Positions 23,950 to 38,593 are shown, numbered from the stretch's first letter. The stretch is 64,000 bases of DNA from Callorhinchus milii (GCF_018977255.1 NW_024704742.1:99264001-99328000); one strand, 5' to 3'. A program made the numbers and translations. The notes: generated by a model from the sequence alone, not told the origin.

Positions 23950-26740
23950 TGGTAGTAAGTAAGGAAACTAATAATGCTAATAAAGTAAAGGGGAAATTCA
24001 ACAAACAATGAAGCTGTGCTTGCATTAATGCAAGACGTGGCCAACAAGAAGTGCGACCTAGAAGGTCTTGCATGGGGCGACATATTGGACATTATTAGCA
24101 TCACAGAGTCATGGTGGAACAATTCCAATCAATGGGATACAAGTCTGGAAGGATTCACACTGTTTAGGAGGGACTGTACCGGGAGAAGAGGAGCTGGTGT
24201 GGTAGTAATAATAATAATAATAATAATAATCCTTGCATTTGATATAGCACTTTTTCACGACTTCTAGACATCTCAAAGTGCTTCACAGAATAGATTGTAA
24301 AGTGAATTGACTGTATATTTGTGGGCGAAATGTATATATGAACTCCAGCATTGAGGCACAAATGAGAGGATATAAAAAAGGAAAGGACATAGACAGAATC
24401 ACTTTGGGTAGAATTAATAGATGGGAACAGAGGTAAACTATTATTGGGGGTTTGCTATAGACCCCCAGGCCAGAGTAATAGGCTTGATCTGGAACTGTGG
24501 GATGAGATAAGGAAGGCAACTAGTAAGGGACCAATGGAGTTGGAGATTTTAAACTAACCAGAAATTGACTGGGATAAAAATGTGTCTACTGGTAAGATAT
24601 GGAAGGGATTTCTAGAGTTACAGGAAGAGTTTGTAAAGGAACCAACAAGGGAAAATAACATCTTGGATTTGGTTATGAGTAATAGGGACAATCAAATCTC
24701 CAACACAAGGTGAGTGAGGGATTAAGCAACAGTGATCATAATGTTATCACATTTGGTATTACAATGATTATAAAAGGTTATAAAGTTATAAAAATAAAAA
24801 CAACATTGCCAAATTTTAAGAAGATCAATTTTATGCAATTGAGAAGTCTCGGCCTGGTAGGTTTAAATATGGCTAAAGGAGCAGAGGAACTATGGAGCTC
24901 ATTCAAGGAAGTGATTCGGAATGCAATGCACCAATGTGTACCAATGCAAAGCAGAGGTACCAAGCTTAAGGGTACCCAGGCCTGGTTGGACGGGGCCGCA
25001 AAACAACTCATAAAGAGGAAAAAAAATAATTTAATACTATGAAGGAAAATGGCACAGAGGAAAGACAGACTCAATAGCAGAAGGCATGCCAGGATTGTGA
25101 GAAAGGTATCAGAATGGCAAAGAAAACTTTTGAACTTAACATGGAAAGAGATGTGAAGGATAACAATAAAAAGATTTTCAGTTACATTAAGAAAAAAACG
25201 AGGGATGGAATAGGGCCATTGAAAGTGGATTGAGTGAGGATATGACAAATGATGCTACACAAGCTGCAGATGTATTAAATATGTTTTTTGCCTCAGTTTT
25301 TAAATTGCATCTGAGGATCCTTAAGGAACTAAGTGAGGAAATTGCAGGAACTCTGGCACAAATTTCAGAAATCACTGGATAGTGGAAAGGTGCTGGAGGA
25401 CTGGAGAAAGGCAATGTTACTCCTATTTTTAAAAAAGGTAGCAAAAGTGATCCAGTAAACTGCAGACCAGTAAGTTTGACGTCCATTGTGGGTAAAATTA
25501 TGGAACCTCTTATTAAAAATAAGATCATGGAGCATCTGGACAGCGATGAATTATTAAAAGATAACCAATATGGGTTTATGAAGGGGAGATCCTGCCAAAC
25601 TATTTACTGGTTTTCTTTGACCGTGTGACAAAGGAGCTTGATAAGGGTAACGCAGTGGATGTTGTATATCTGGATTTCAGTAAGGCCTTTTGTATAGTTC
25701 CTCATGAAAAACTGGTACTGAAAATAAAGAAACAGAAAGCAGAGGAAGTAGCTTCCAATGGATAGGTAAATGTCTGACTGATAGAACCCAGAAGGTGGTG
25801 GTACAGGGAATGTCCTCAGGCTGGGAGAATGTTATTTATTTAACATCTTTATAAATGATCTGGAACTAGGAGTCACAAGCACAGTGGCTAAATTTGCAAA
25901 TGACAGAAAATTAATGAAGGTGGTAGAATGCAAAGATGAACAAGATAGATTACAGGAGGACTTGAAAATTCTTAGGAATTGGGCAGAAAAATCTAGGAAA
26001 GGATTATTATTTAAATGGAAAGAAAATAATCTGTACGGAAAATGAAAAGGACCTGGGGATTCTGAATGGCAATAAATTGAAGCTATATCAACAGAGCTTC
26101 GTAGCAATGAGTAAGGTAAATCAGATGCTGTGTTGCATTAAAAGTGCAATATTGAGCCAAAATAGTGGGGTAATCCTGCCACTTTATAAATCACTGGTGC
26201 GACCGCATTCGGAATACTGTATGCAGTTCTGGTCACCGCAATATAACAAGCAAATTGAGAGGATACAGAGGATCCAAAACAGAGGGCAACCAAAATGATA
26301 GATGGGATGGAGGGACTGGACTAGGTCAACTGGGCATTTTCACACTGGAGAAGAGAAGGTTGAGGGGCGATATGATTATGGTTTTTAAGATTATGAAGAG
26401 CTTAGATAATGTAGACCATGATAAACTGTTTTATCTTGTACTGAACAATAGAACCAGAGGACATGACCTGCGATTGAAGGGGGGTAAATTCAGAACAAAT
26501 CTGTGTAAACACTACTTCAATGAGCAAGTAGTAAACTTATGGAACAGGTTCCCTGGGGAGACGGTGGAATCAGAAAGTGTTGTTTGTTTCAAGAACAAAT
26601 TAGACAGATTTCTGGTAGAAAATAAAATTTGGGGATACAGTATACAGTTTGGGACACAACATGTCCAGGATGGTGGAAGTCGAACTAGATGGACCTTGGT
26701 CTTCTTTCGCCAAACAAATTGTATTGTTCTTATGTACTAG
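23950..26740 (+). mobile_element. Near full-length, degenerate CR1 ORF2 (endonuclease + RT) with 3' end
   Basis: DIISITESWW, LFRRDCTGRRGAGV, SDHNVITF, ANVTPIFKKG...NCRPVSLTS, VVYLDFSKAF, YKSLVRPHSEYCMQFWSP, LEKRRLRGDMI, RTRGHDLRL. Many stops, frameshifts and internal deletions. Confidence 0.95.
24205..24330 (-). mobile_element. SINE tail inserted into the CR1 endonuclease region
   Basis: (aat)n ccttgcatttgatatagcac interrupts the CR1 frame just after RRGAGV. Confidence 0.85.
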
Positions 26741-27249
26741 GAAACTCCATGTTTTTCCTTCAAATAGTGCTATGGAATCTTTGATGTCTACCTTACAGTA
26801 GAACAAGCAGACCTTAATGGGAGTGTGGTGGGGTAAATCTAATCCAAAGGTTGAAAGGAAATGTGGACAACAGTTAGAAAATACACTGCTTTGTTGGTAG
26901 ACAGAAAGAATTCCCACTTTAAGAGGGCGAGGAATAGGAAAAGCACATCGGAATTCTGTAAAGGTAATGCATCATCTTCTGTCACATATAAGGGTTTTTA
27001 TTTTATAGTAGTCAGTTTTATAGGCATAGGCATCTGACAGAAAGCACAGAGAGACTTGTAAACTTTACAGAATTTAGATTTGGCTTTGGCAAAACTGTTG
27101 TCCCTCTTTGAACATAGAATTGAAACAAAGTTTAAAAAAAAGCATCACTAAAGCAGAAAGAGAGTAGATCAATCGGCCTTGAAACTGAACTGAGTGAACA
27201 AGAGCTCAAGTTACAAATCACACGCAAAGCTGGGAACCTCTGCCAGAAA

Positions 27250-27580
27250 TCAACATCACAAGATTGCTTTTGATGACGAAAGCCCATCAGCCTATTCGAT
27301 CTATTCCTTCCAGAATACCTACCCTACCGTCCTCCCAGCAGAGCATCAACCACCTTTCCTGGTAACCTGTTCCAGTCGTTAATTATCCTCTGGGTGAAGA
27401 AATACTTAATTTCTAATGTCCATGCTGAAGTTGCTCTTTGCAACCTTAAAACTGTGTTCTCTTGTTCTGTTGTCTCAGAGCATCTGAAAGTATTGTTCTG
27501 GGTTTACTTTTTCAATCTTGTTTGAAATTTTATATACATCTGTAAGATCTCTTCAAGACTGAAAATCCCTAGCTTCTCCT
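27250..27580 (-). mobile_element. CR1 3' fragment
   Basis: Reverse complement resembles 4445-4775 (tctgggtttactttttcaatc; ctctgggtgaagaaatac). Confidence 0.7.
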
Positions 27581-30500
27581 TCTGTAATTTTTGCCCTAAA
27601 TGATGATAGGATCCTCACAAGAGCAGAACTCTCTCTCATGCTTTACCACTACTATTCCCCTTTTCCCGTTCTCAGGAATGCAATGACTCAGACATATAGT
27701 TATACGGGCATAAACAGATCTCTATGCTTTACCCAAGTAGCCATTCTTCATATGTGAGCTAGACAGGGACTATGAGTGTAACATCATAGCCGATTTTAGG
27801 CCTGAAATTTGTCATCGGGACACTCTTTAAGTCAATGGTCTTAAAAACATTGAATTAAAAATTCTGCAGATATTGGAAAATTCTTAAATCTTAATTTGGA
27901 AGCTGATTTCCTGCAGTTCATAAAACGATTTGGGTTTAGGGAGGGAAGAAAATCAGCCACAAAATTCCTGCTAGAATGTACCCCTGTGTAGATCGTCAAT
28001 GAGGACATAATTGGGCTTGGTTGCTTCAGCCCAATTCAAAACTCATGGGTGAGCTATTGAAGAATACCTTGAACCCAGTAGAAGGAAAAGGAAGTCAAAC
28101 ATCCTGGAGAGGAATATTTGTGAGGAAGGGAAGGGTAGAGATGATTGATGGGGAAAAAAAATTAAGAAATTTGCTAGTAGCAAAATGAATGACAGACGAA
28201 TCCAACCAAACAAATTGAACAATATTTAATATGGATTATCGTACATCAAATGCTTCAAAGATTAACAGCTCTTGTTGTACAGGTTAATGCTCTCAAACCT
28301 GCAGCAATACAACAACTTCCATTTATATAGTGCCCTTCACATAGGCTAACATAAGAAGCCCTTTGAGACTCTGAAACAGACCATTATTATACAAATACAG
28401 CACCTTTGATTCATAACGGCTCATGGCACTAATAATAAATGTAATGTTTTCCTGAAAGTAACAGCAATGTACAAAATAAATATCTTACCAACAGCTTCTC
28501 ACTGTTGTATCAGGGATATAAAAATGAATCTTTGAAGTCCAGACTCAATAAAATTCACAATCATTAATAGGTTCTGTTTGGTGTGTTTTAGAGTTAATTA
28601 AATTAATCTCTTCATCAACATTTGGAAACAATCTTAGGGTTTCCAAAAATAGGAACCTGGAACACATTTAGTAAGCAACTGGCAACGTGTTAAATTTAAG
28701 ATGGATTGAAAATCCAGCTATTTCAATGAGAGATAAGGCCAGGACAACATTCTCAGAGCATTTGACTAATTACTGTTTGTTAATAAAATGAGTGAAACTT
28801 ACCTTACAAACAGAGATCGTATGCATTCTGTAGGACTGGGTTGGGGAGATTTCATGACAAAACTATTTTGCTCTTCTTCATAAAACAGTAAAGGAACATC
28901 AAATTCCATGCTTTTAACTATTTTTAGTTCTATTTAAGTGACAAGCGTACTGAGCGAAGACTATCTACAGCAAACACAGTAGCTTCTATGCTGAAGTAAG
29001 ATTTTCAATACTACCTGAAGCATGCTAGGCAGGACAGTACAACCCAATCCAGTCTGGCTAGTTTGTAATCAGTTAATGAGTAATATATTATCCTAGTTCT
29101 GCAACTGCTGATCAAGGCACTAGATAAGAATGTTTCTGTGGAAAACGTAGCTTCATTCAGTGACCATTTTGCTCTCAATTGTCTCTCGAGTACAAGCGTT
29201 ACCTTACATGTAAGGTAGCTGAATTGTGTCTCTGAGATGAGCAAATCTTTAGTCTTTCCTCAAACCACACATATCCCTAATTGATTTGTATTGCTTCCAA
29301 CCTAGCTCAGTGTATTTCTGGGTTGTACAACAGATTATTTATATTGTGTGATATCTAAATCCAATATCTAAAACAGCAGCTGTGTAAGCAAACAGTATTC
29401 AGCATTGCCGTCAACTTTAGTTCAGACCTTAATTTTGTAAAGGAAAATGTACAGGTATATCAGTTTGAAGACTATTCATTGCCAATAAATTGTCAAGCGT
29501 CTTCAGCTGCCTTAAGGCAAGAGCTACCCAACAAGGGCAAATCAGTCTCAAATGTCAGGTGAGGCTACAAATTTAACATCACCAACTCCCACCATTCCTC
29601 TTCCAGAGTTCAGCAATATTGGTACTTTGAGATGTCCTTTTAACAAGAAAGGCGCTATATAAAGTTACAATTGCACGTGTGGTACTAATAAGCCATTGGT
29701 CTTCTCTTTACCAGGGCACATAGCTGTGGGTGTCTTGGTATGACACCTACATGCTATGTGCCCTGGTAAAGAAAAGGTTGGGTCAGAAAAGTTGGTTCAA
29801 ATGGGTGGTGCTTCCAGGAACCAAGTCCGGAAAGAATAATTTACATTTACTTTCACATTTCAGTGAATTTTCTAGGAATGGGTTAAAGGTAAACTGTTTT
29901 TGCCTCTATCCCTCTGCCTTACCCCTTCTCTGTATATCTTCAAAACCCATTTTAAAACCTACCTCTTTGAACATGCCTAAGGTCACTGTACTCATTTAAA
30001 AAAGCAGCTTGATGCTGTAGTAGGAAGATTATAGGGTGGGTGTTCTGGAAGAATGAGATTGAATGGGTCAAAGGGCCTTTTTTATCCAAATCAATCTTGT
30101 GATCTTTTGAAGCTCTAACATCTGGGCACTGGCAGAGGGCTGGGCACTGCACAGCCTTTCAGCCCTGCCTAGGTGACATTTTGGATTTCCTGTCACCTGG
30201 ACCAAGTGGATAATGGAAGGAATAATAAAGATCTAGGGGCTGCTCTGCAGTTTACCCCTGATTTGAGCAGTAAAGGTGTTTTCAATCATGTAATCCAAGC
30301 TGGACAAACAATGGGAAGCTTACCAGACAATGGCAAGCTATATGTTTGTAGCTGGTTAAACCACAGCAGTGCCCCAGGATGCACTCTGGAGTCCTCAAAC
30401 CTAGGCTCTTGCCAACCTGCAACTAACATTGCTGCAGAGTTATGTTAGCAGACGGTATTCCTCGAGGTGCATTCCATTCCAGACACAGAGGAATTTCCAT

Positions 30501-31154
30501 GTCTAGGTGGGATGCATGGAACCCTCGGTCTGGTTTGGATACTCTTAAGCACTGTGATGGGTTTCTGCATATGTGAGTGATCAGACAGATGAAAAAAGAT
30601 GATAAAAACCTTAGTGTTGGACAAGTCTATCAGCATTCCTCTTTCTTGTCTTTCCCATTAGCTGTGGAGATATTTCTGCACTTTGACCCATTGCACCCTT
30701 TGCTAAATAAAGTACATAAAACTTTTGGAAGGGTTGAAAAGAATACTGATTGGTTTTAGTGACCAAGTTGTTAACAATGCCTTTGAGAGTACATACTGTA
30801 TTAACTATGACTCAGTAAACAAATTCAATTTGTACCCAGATAAGGGTAGATACAAAATGATTGAAAGCTTCCTTAATAATTAATCATCAAACACTATGAG
30901 ATAAAGGAACCAGCTAAATTCCCTTATTTGGTCTCAAGGAAATAAAAAGCAGTTCCTATTTTCACATGTTGGGATCTAAGCATGTTTTCAGCAACAGACA
31001 GATCTAATAAAAAACTGCCATACAGTATTTTATTTGCCTTTACCCGATCAAAACAATAACAATCTTTTTGTAACATTTGATAATAGCATTTTATCACGTC
31101 TTTAATACACCTCAAAGCGCTTCACAGAATATCCTGTAAAGTGAACAAAACACA

Positions 31155-32280
31155 AGTGAGCTGGAAAAATTCAATAATTTCGCTTCCACCTTCCACCCCT
31201 TCATAACATTCACATGGTCCATCTCTGACTCTTCTCTTCCCTTCTTCGACTTCACCATTTCCATCTTGGGGCATAGATTATCAAGAGATATCTTTTACAA
31301 GCCCACAATCTCCCACAGTTACCTGGACTACACCTCCTCCCACCCCACCTACTGTAAAGTCTCCATTCCCTTTTCCCAGTGGCTCCGCCTCCGCCGCATC
31401 TGCTCTGACGATGCCACCTTTCACACCAGCGCAGCTGAAATGTCTTCCTTTCTCCTCAACCGAGGATTCCCATCCACTGTGGTAGGCCGGGTCCTTGACC
31501 ATGTCTGCCCTAGTTGGTCCTTGACCAACTCTGCCCTCACCCTTTCCCCCTTCTTCCTAGAACCATGATAGGGTCCCCCTAGTCCTCACTTTCCACCCCA
31601 TCAGCCTCAACATCCAAAAAATAATTCTCCGTCATTTCCGGCACCTCCAGCGTGATCCAACCACTAAGCATATCTTTCCATCCCCTCTCAACAACAACAA
31701 CAAAATTACATTTATAGAGTGCCTTTCACGTCGGGAGGATGTCCCAAAGTGCTGAACAGTCAGGTGTCGGGGCCCGAGCATGGGGGAGGGGTTGTTTAGG
31801 GGTGAGGGAAGGCAGAGAGGTGGGAGGGAAAGGCACGGTCAAAGAGAAGGGTCTTGAGACCGGCCTTGAAGGAGGCAAGGGAGGAAGTGAGGTGAAGAGA
31901 CCATGGGATGGAGTCAGCATTCCGAAGGGACCGTTCCCTCCGTGAGTTCCTGGTTCATTCCTCCATCACCACGAATAATTCTTCTCCTCCCCCTGGCACC
32001 TTCCAATGCCAGTGCAGGAGATGCAATACTTGCCCTTTCACCTCCTCTCATACCATTGTCCCAAACACAGATTTCAAGTGAGACGACGATTTACATGTAC
32101 TACCACCAATGTCGTTTACTGCATTCGCTGCTCACGATGTGGTCTCCTCTACATTGGGGAGATGAAACGTAGATTGGGTGACCGGTTTGCCGAACACCTC
32201 CAATCTGTCCTCAAGCACAACCCTGAGCTTCCGGTTTCTTGCCACTTCAACTCTCCCTCCCACTCGCACTCAAATCTCCC
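31155..32280 (+). mobile_element. Penelope-like element (RT C-terminus + GIY-YIG endonuclease), degenerate
   Basis: YKPTISHSYLDYTSSHP...SIPFSQWLRLRRICS, then FTCTTTNVVYCIRCSRCGLLYIGEMKRRLGDRFAEH...HFNSPSHS. Confidence 0.92.
31689..31914 (-). mobile_element. L2 3' end inserted in the Penelope element
   Basis: (caa)n tail plus reverse complement of the L2 3' region; the Penelope sequence resumes at tcagcattccg. Confidence 0.9.
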
Positions 32281-33894
32281 CGTAATCCCTTTACAGTATA
32301 TTCTGTGAAGTGCTTTGAATTGTCTAGAAGATGTGAAAAGCACTGTATCAAATGCAAGGATTATTATTAATCTCTTTTATTGATGATACACTCTTAATAG
32401 AAACCATGCAATATTATCCCTGTTGCATCCCTGAACATCTGACCACTGCACCTATTCTTGCACCAGACGCCCCCTGTTACAGTTCTATATTTATACTATT
32501 GCCTCTGTACCTCTGTATATCTCCATCCATACTCATCAGCAGGAATGATGTAGAGTAAATTACCTGCAGAAATACAGTTTACACTACACAGTGCTTTTTC
32601 CAGCAGTGAGGGGCTGGGAATGCTGCTACAGTACTGGTTAATCTCCCCTTGATAGCCCAGGGACGTTGGGATCAATTGTAACAATCAACTGTGATCGGTT
32701 AACTTAGCACAGACTGAGATTCTGCCACTTTCTGGTCTCTGTAAGGTAGTCCCTTTACCATCTTGTATTTTTTAAAAGCACTGCACAAAAATATCCCTCT
32801 TATCTGGGCAGAACATACAAACTAAGACATTTTGATATCATTATACGTTGACAGTGTTCTGAAATCTTAAAAATGAAACTTTATGATCCACACATTGCAA
32901 AATTAATTCTATTGCTTAATGTTTAATAAAAATGGATTGTGTTATTAAATAACACTGTCATAACATTGCAATACATAATTAATATGTGTTTAACCAAAAC
33001 CTGTTATGGCGCCTCAGCAATTACTGATATTTGAGTGAACCAGTAAATACAGAATTGTAACAAGTTTATACATTTTTTATGACATTATGTAATGTACATT
33101 ATTAATTTGTAATAAAATCATTATGAAATATTCAAATTAAATATAGGCTGCTGTTGCATTTGGGTTTTCTACCGAAGATTTATATCTTCATCTTGTGCAG
33201 AGCAAAAATTTTCATTTGAGGCATATTGAAAAAGGAAAACCATATCAACTATAAAAATGCTGTAAATACCCTGTAAATCTGATAGCTTCTTTTCCACAAC
33301 TTTAGATCATTAATAAATGACAGCATTCATTTTAAGCATCGATTATATGGTCACAAGTAATTTTTATTTCGTATAAATCTTTGAAAGCTGAATAAAGTAT
33401 TTATGTGGATGTAAATGAATAGTTTAATTGATAAAGGCACTGCCCATTTTGGAACTGAATTTTTTTTGGTCAGTGAGTGTTTGACGCACATGGCTACCGA
33501 ATCGCAATAGTATTCAGACTAAATTACAGAGAGTTCCAAATATCCTCGGAAATTTTCTTTAATCTGGAATGGTGTGCACATTCTCGTCAGAGAGACTCAT
33601 CCTCACCTAATCATGCAAAATATTAGGCTCTGGAATTGGTAAAAGCCAAGGCTTATTATTTAGTCAGCCAGGTAGCTTGCCATTGTGAACACTGACTGGC
33701 AAGCTTCCTGCACCTTATCCACTGTACCCATTAGGGCTGTGGCTGGCAATATTAACAGGAGTCAAGTGGGATGAATTGCAGCCCCATTGGCTGGTTTGCT
33801 CCTGCAAGATTTGCTGAGGAGTCAGGCTGTCTGTCTGACATCAACAGTTCCTTAAGGCACTGTGGACCTGCTTGATTCAGGAACTGGACTACAG

Positions 33895-34212
33895 AGAAGG
33901 CTAGAAAGTGGAACTGAGATATGACAGACCACAAGGGTCTCATGTTCGGTGCCATGTGTGGACTGGGTTAATTGATCTGAGTCAAGGCAGCAGTGATGTG
34001 GGGGAGGGGGCTACAATTGATGTCCGTATCCATGAAGCTAGGCAGGGGATAAATTCAGCAGGATTCCTGATGATTCCTAACTATTACTGGTGATTTCTGC
34101 AGGGGAGTAAGTATATTTGGACTCCTAGGTAAAACTGGGATTAGACTTGGCTGTAATGCACTTCGCTCTCGACGATTCATTTGGCTCCCAAGTCTCAACA
34201 CATGAAGAATAT
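33895..34212 (+). mobile_element. AmnSINE2-like ancient SINE relic
   Basis: ttaattgatctgag...ggggctacaattg...ggattagacttggctgtaatgc...cacatgaagaat follows the order of the AmnSINE2 consensus as I recall it. Confidence 0.6.
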
Positions 34213-34221
34213 AAGTCACAG

Positions 34222-34660
34222 TCTAGGTTGACACTCCAATGCAGTACTGGAAGAACACTACATTGTTGAAAGTGCCATCCTTCAGATGAGACACTAGACT
34301 AGGTTCCCATCTGCCTTTTCAGGTAAACGTTAAAGATCCTGTAACACCATTCAAAAAGTGAAGTGAGCTTCTCCCGGAGTCCTAGCCAAGCCTCCGGATA
34401 AATTGGTCATTTATTGGAGTCAGGCTCCACCACTGTTAAGCACTCTGAGACGCTACCCTGCATGGAGGGCGCTATATAAGTGCAAGTTGTTGTTGTTGTT
34501 GTCATTCACATTGTGGCTGCATACGGGACATTGCTGTGTGCAAAATGACTGCTGCGTTTGCTTACAAGATACAAAATCTAAACACTTGACAGCAATTATA
34601 TGTGAAGCACCTTGAAATATTTTGACATGATAGTGCTATAACAAATGCAAGTACTATTGT
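34222..34660 (+). mobile_element. DeuSINE body with a nested short L2-type tail (34418-34501)
   Basis: gtgccatccttcagatgagacac...caggtaaacgttaaagatcc Deu core; inner ggagggcgctatataagtgcaag(ttg)n. Confidence 0.75.
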
Positions 34661-35417
34661 TAAACTGGGTAAGGTACACCTGGGGTAACTGGCGGCAATA
34701 ACATGGTATCATCCTCAGCACAAGTCAGAATAAGAGAGGGGAATAGGGGTGTGTTTATAAAAAGAAGAATGACTATCTGGGATTAATAAATCGGGAGTTC
34801 AATCAACTGGTCAGATTATCCTGAACTGCAAAGTGAAGCTTGAGTGGTTTATAACCACTACATTAATTCTGAAATTGCTTGACAGGCTTATAGCAGCTGC
34901 TGTACCTATGTTTTGATATAATATATGCAATTATAAATTTTATGAGGGAGTTGGACTCAATTTCATGACAGCAATGGCCAATGACATCAACTGTCAGTGA
35001 TGGTTAGAAATTTCTTTTAGCCAGAATATATTACAATGTTTTTACATATCAAGGAGTATTGAAAGCGAATAGGAGAAACGGCAGTAGTTTTTACCGTTTG
35101 TTGATGGGGAGACAAAACCCTGCTGTAATGTATTGTTTAATACACCCAGTCCCATCAATGTGGGGCTCCCTCTGAACCACACATACAAACACACTAATTA
35201 ATCATTTACTACTTTTTAAAGGTTCAGAGATCCTCTGTTCCACATCACCATGTTTAGGCCAATAGTCTAAAACCATTTTGGTTTAAAATTTTAAAAAATT
35301 ATTTGGAATTGTGGAAAATTCTTAATTTCAAACTTCGGAAAACCAGCATTGAAATTCTGCTTCAATAAAGCATGCAAATAAATTATTTTAAAAAATATTT
35401 GAAATAGTGGATGTGCG

Positions 35418-35725
35418 AAACAACAATAATAATAATCCTTGCATTAGGTATAACATCTATATTATTTCATTTCATGAGTACAACTCAAAACACTTCACAG
35501 GATATACTGTAAAGTGAAATGACTGCAGGCAAATGTAGCAACCAAATTGCATACAGCATTGTCCCAAAACAGCCATAAAGTGAATGGCCAATTTTATATG
35601 GGGGATTGTTGGCCAGTATACCAGGAGAAAATCTCTTCTCTTTTCAAATAATTCTGAGGGATCTTTAACATCCACTTGAACAGGCAGACGCGACCTCGGT
35701 TTAACATTTCATCTGAAGAAGGGGC
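35418..35725 (-). mobile_element. DeuSINE-type SINE
   Basis: Tail plus ggatctttaacatccacttgaacaggcagacg...cggtttaaca core. Confidence 0.8.
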
Positions 35726-38593
35726 AGATTAATACTGTTTCTCTCTGGGGCCAAATTCTGAATCCAGGGCGATGGGTGGGATGGCATTCTTTGCTGTATA
35801 TTTCTGTCAGCTCTAAGGGTGTTCAGTGAAATGAGTTTGGACAGACTCAATCGAGTTTTTAATAGGCACAAGTTAACAGCACAAATTGTCCACAACTCAG
35901 CACTAATTGATTTGAAATTGGGAATCTCACTCAGATAGACCATAAGGATGGATAGTGTAGGAAATAGAAGGGTAGCTCTGGCAGAACATTGGAAACTCTA
36001 AACTCACATTGTAGCTGTCATTTCACTAGAAATAGGATAAAAGTATGTTGTTTGATGAGAGGATTTTATATGTGCCGATTTCTAATAGAATTCCTTAATT
36101 AAGAAAACCGGAAGTAGGTCACACCGACTGATGTGAACTCCGGTCTGACATAAACTCATTTCAAAGTGGAGATCCTGTGAGCTGGAATGACATGTGTGAT
36201 GTCTGCCCATTAGCAGAGGATTCCTCACTTGAATCCCTTTATTAAGGAATCGTGTTATTAGTCATTGAATGGTAGCCTAATGGTGCAATGGATACAGCTG
36301 CAAATTATGGATCAGGCGCTCACTGGTTGGAATCACCTAAGATTGCAAGGGGGGAGTTAAATTCGACCCAGACTTCCCAAAGAAAGGGGGAAAACAGCTA
36401 GGGTTCCAACTCCTGCTCTCTCTAATAGTAATGTGCTTGTTTGGCAGTTGGGTGGGGAGTAGTTAGGCTCAGCTGTATCATCTACTGACATTTACCGCCA
36501 AGCTCACACATGAACAATTGTGTAGGGTCAACCAGTTTCTGTGGAACTGCACCCCAGCAAGAGAAGTCCAGACCAAGGGAGAAAACTAAGTGAACACCTT
36601 AAATTTATATAAAATGAAAACTGCATGCTAGACTTCAACAACATTAACACAGTTATCAGATAACATAAGCAGTATTGTTACTCATAGCTGAGGTAATACA
36701 TTCATCAGAGAATGTGCAGCAACATTACTCAGTGGTAAAGTAACGGTAAAGTCAGTAAAAGACAGGCAACAACATTACTCAGAAATAAGGTACAATTAAT
36801 ATTGTCAGCAGGGAGCGTGCAATGACAACAACAACTTGCATTTATATAGCACTTTATGCAGGGTAGTATGGAATGTCCAGTGCAGTAAAATTACTTAGAG
36901 ATATGATGCGACAATAACTTTTGTCCTCAGAGGAAGATTTAGATTCTGGTTATATCTGCACCCGCTATGTTTTTCAGCCTTTTAAAGATGTGAACAATCT
37001 CTCCTCATTGTTCTTTTGTGAGTAATATGAAATTCATATGAGAATGTGAACAAGAAGATAACTAGAAAGTATCCATTCGTATCCTAAGTAACATTGCAAT
37101 CCCAGCTTCTAAGTATATGCTCTACACTCAAACTCCTGACATCATATTCAACTGTTTCATCAAGTTTTAATATGCATTTGGTGCAGTGAATATCAAATGC
37201 GCAAAGCTAAACAAAATTATTTGTTTTAAGACTGTGGTGATGCAGATTACTCCTAGCAATGCTGGAGAGTACAACAATAAAATCTAGGTTTATTGGAGAT
37301 GGCAGTAAGATTTGCAATCTAAACATCCAGATGGTTACTTTAATTTCAATGGCAATGTCATGTGTTCTGGCCTTAGATTTGACAAGTTAGCTTCTGCTCT
37401 CTCTCTCTGATACTTAGTGATGCAGCAGATGGTAGAAAAAGAAGCACACACCAAGCACATCACAGATAAATGTGACTATTTAAATCTATCCATGTAGGAC
37501 AAACAGGGTGACCAAAAAGTTGTGATACCATTACAATATCTAATAAGTCTTAAAGAAATGATTTTTTTTAGATAATAGGGTAGCTGAAAAATAAGTTTTA
37601 GGAGGAGGATCACACATGCAAAATCTCTCATGTTTCTTTTATCTGTTTAAAGCTTTCAATGGACTGGTCAGATCCAGTTGTAGTCTATAGTTAAAGATGC
37701 ATAAATGTATTTAAAGGACAAACGGCACTTGATATTTTGAACTCGTGGATCCTGATTATTATTTTCATTATTTTATTATTCTATAACATCTACACTAAAC
37801 CACCACCAACAACAAATTACATTTATATAATGCCTTTCACTTCAGGAAGACGTCCCAAAGCGTTGGAATGCTAGAATTCAAATTCTATTCTACATCCATA
37901 AGTAGTCTACCAAACATGACATACAAATAGCACAGCAAGTACAAACTAATTTCTGTATTTTGCAATAGACTAAAAATACAAATATTGGCGAGCACTAATT
38001 TGTTTTTACTGGATTTTAACTATGCAAAAATGGTCTTATTCTTCACTTCATTTGGTAGCGTTATATCTTGTAACAAGAATTCTCACCTGATTAAGTCTTT
38101 CCCAGGCCTCAGAATGGCAGAGATTTTGCACTTTGATTTGTAGTTCATCTTTTTCACAATGACCTTCACTTTGGGCTTGCATTTCTGTGACATTATTTTT
38201 GCAGGCTCGCAACTACGTGAGAGTAAACTTACCAACAGGGAAAGATGTCAGGAGCAGGTGACTGTGTCCTTGCAGACTATTTTCTGCAGCTTCCTAATCT
38301 GCTTATGATAATTAATTCCCTTGTATAGAGTCAGATAAGGTGGAAAGTTCATATGCTGCTAACTCAGAATGCAATTTGCAAACTGCATGTTCCTCCTATG
38401 ATTTGCGAAGTATCATGGATTTGGATAAATACGGTTTTGTAGCTGAATATATTTACTTTTCAAGTGCACGGTTTTGTTAATGCAAGGACCACGTGTGATT
38501 TTTCCTGTTTCCATTGAGCTTAGAAGATTTATAGCTGTGTAATATAGCTGGCTGGTCCAGAAACATGCATCTGAAAACTAATAGTACTCAAGG

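Noticed and set aside
28804..28840. Short minus-strand exon candidate with a GTAAGT donor
   Set aside because: 25 nt (frame-shifting) with a poor pyrimidine tract.
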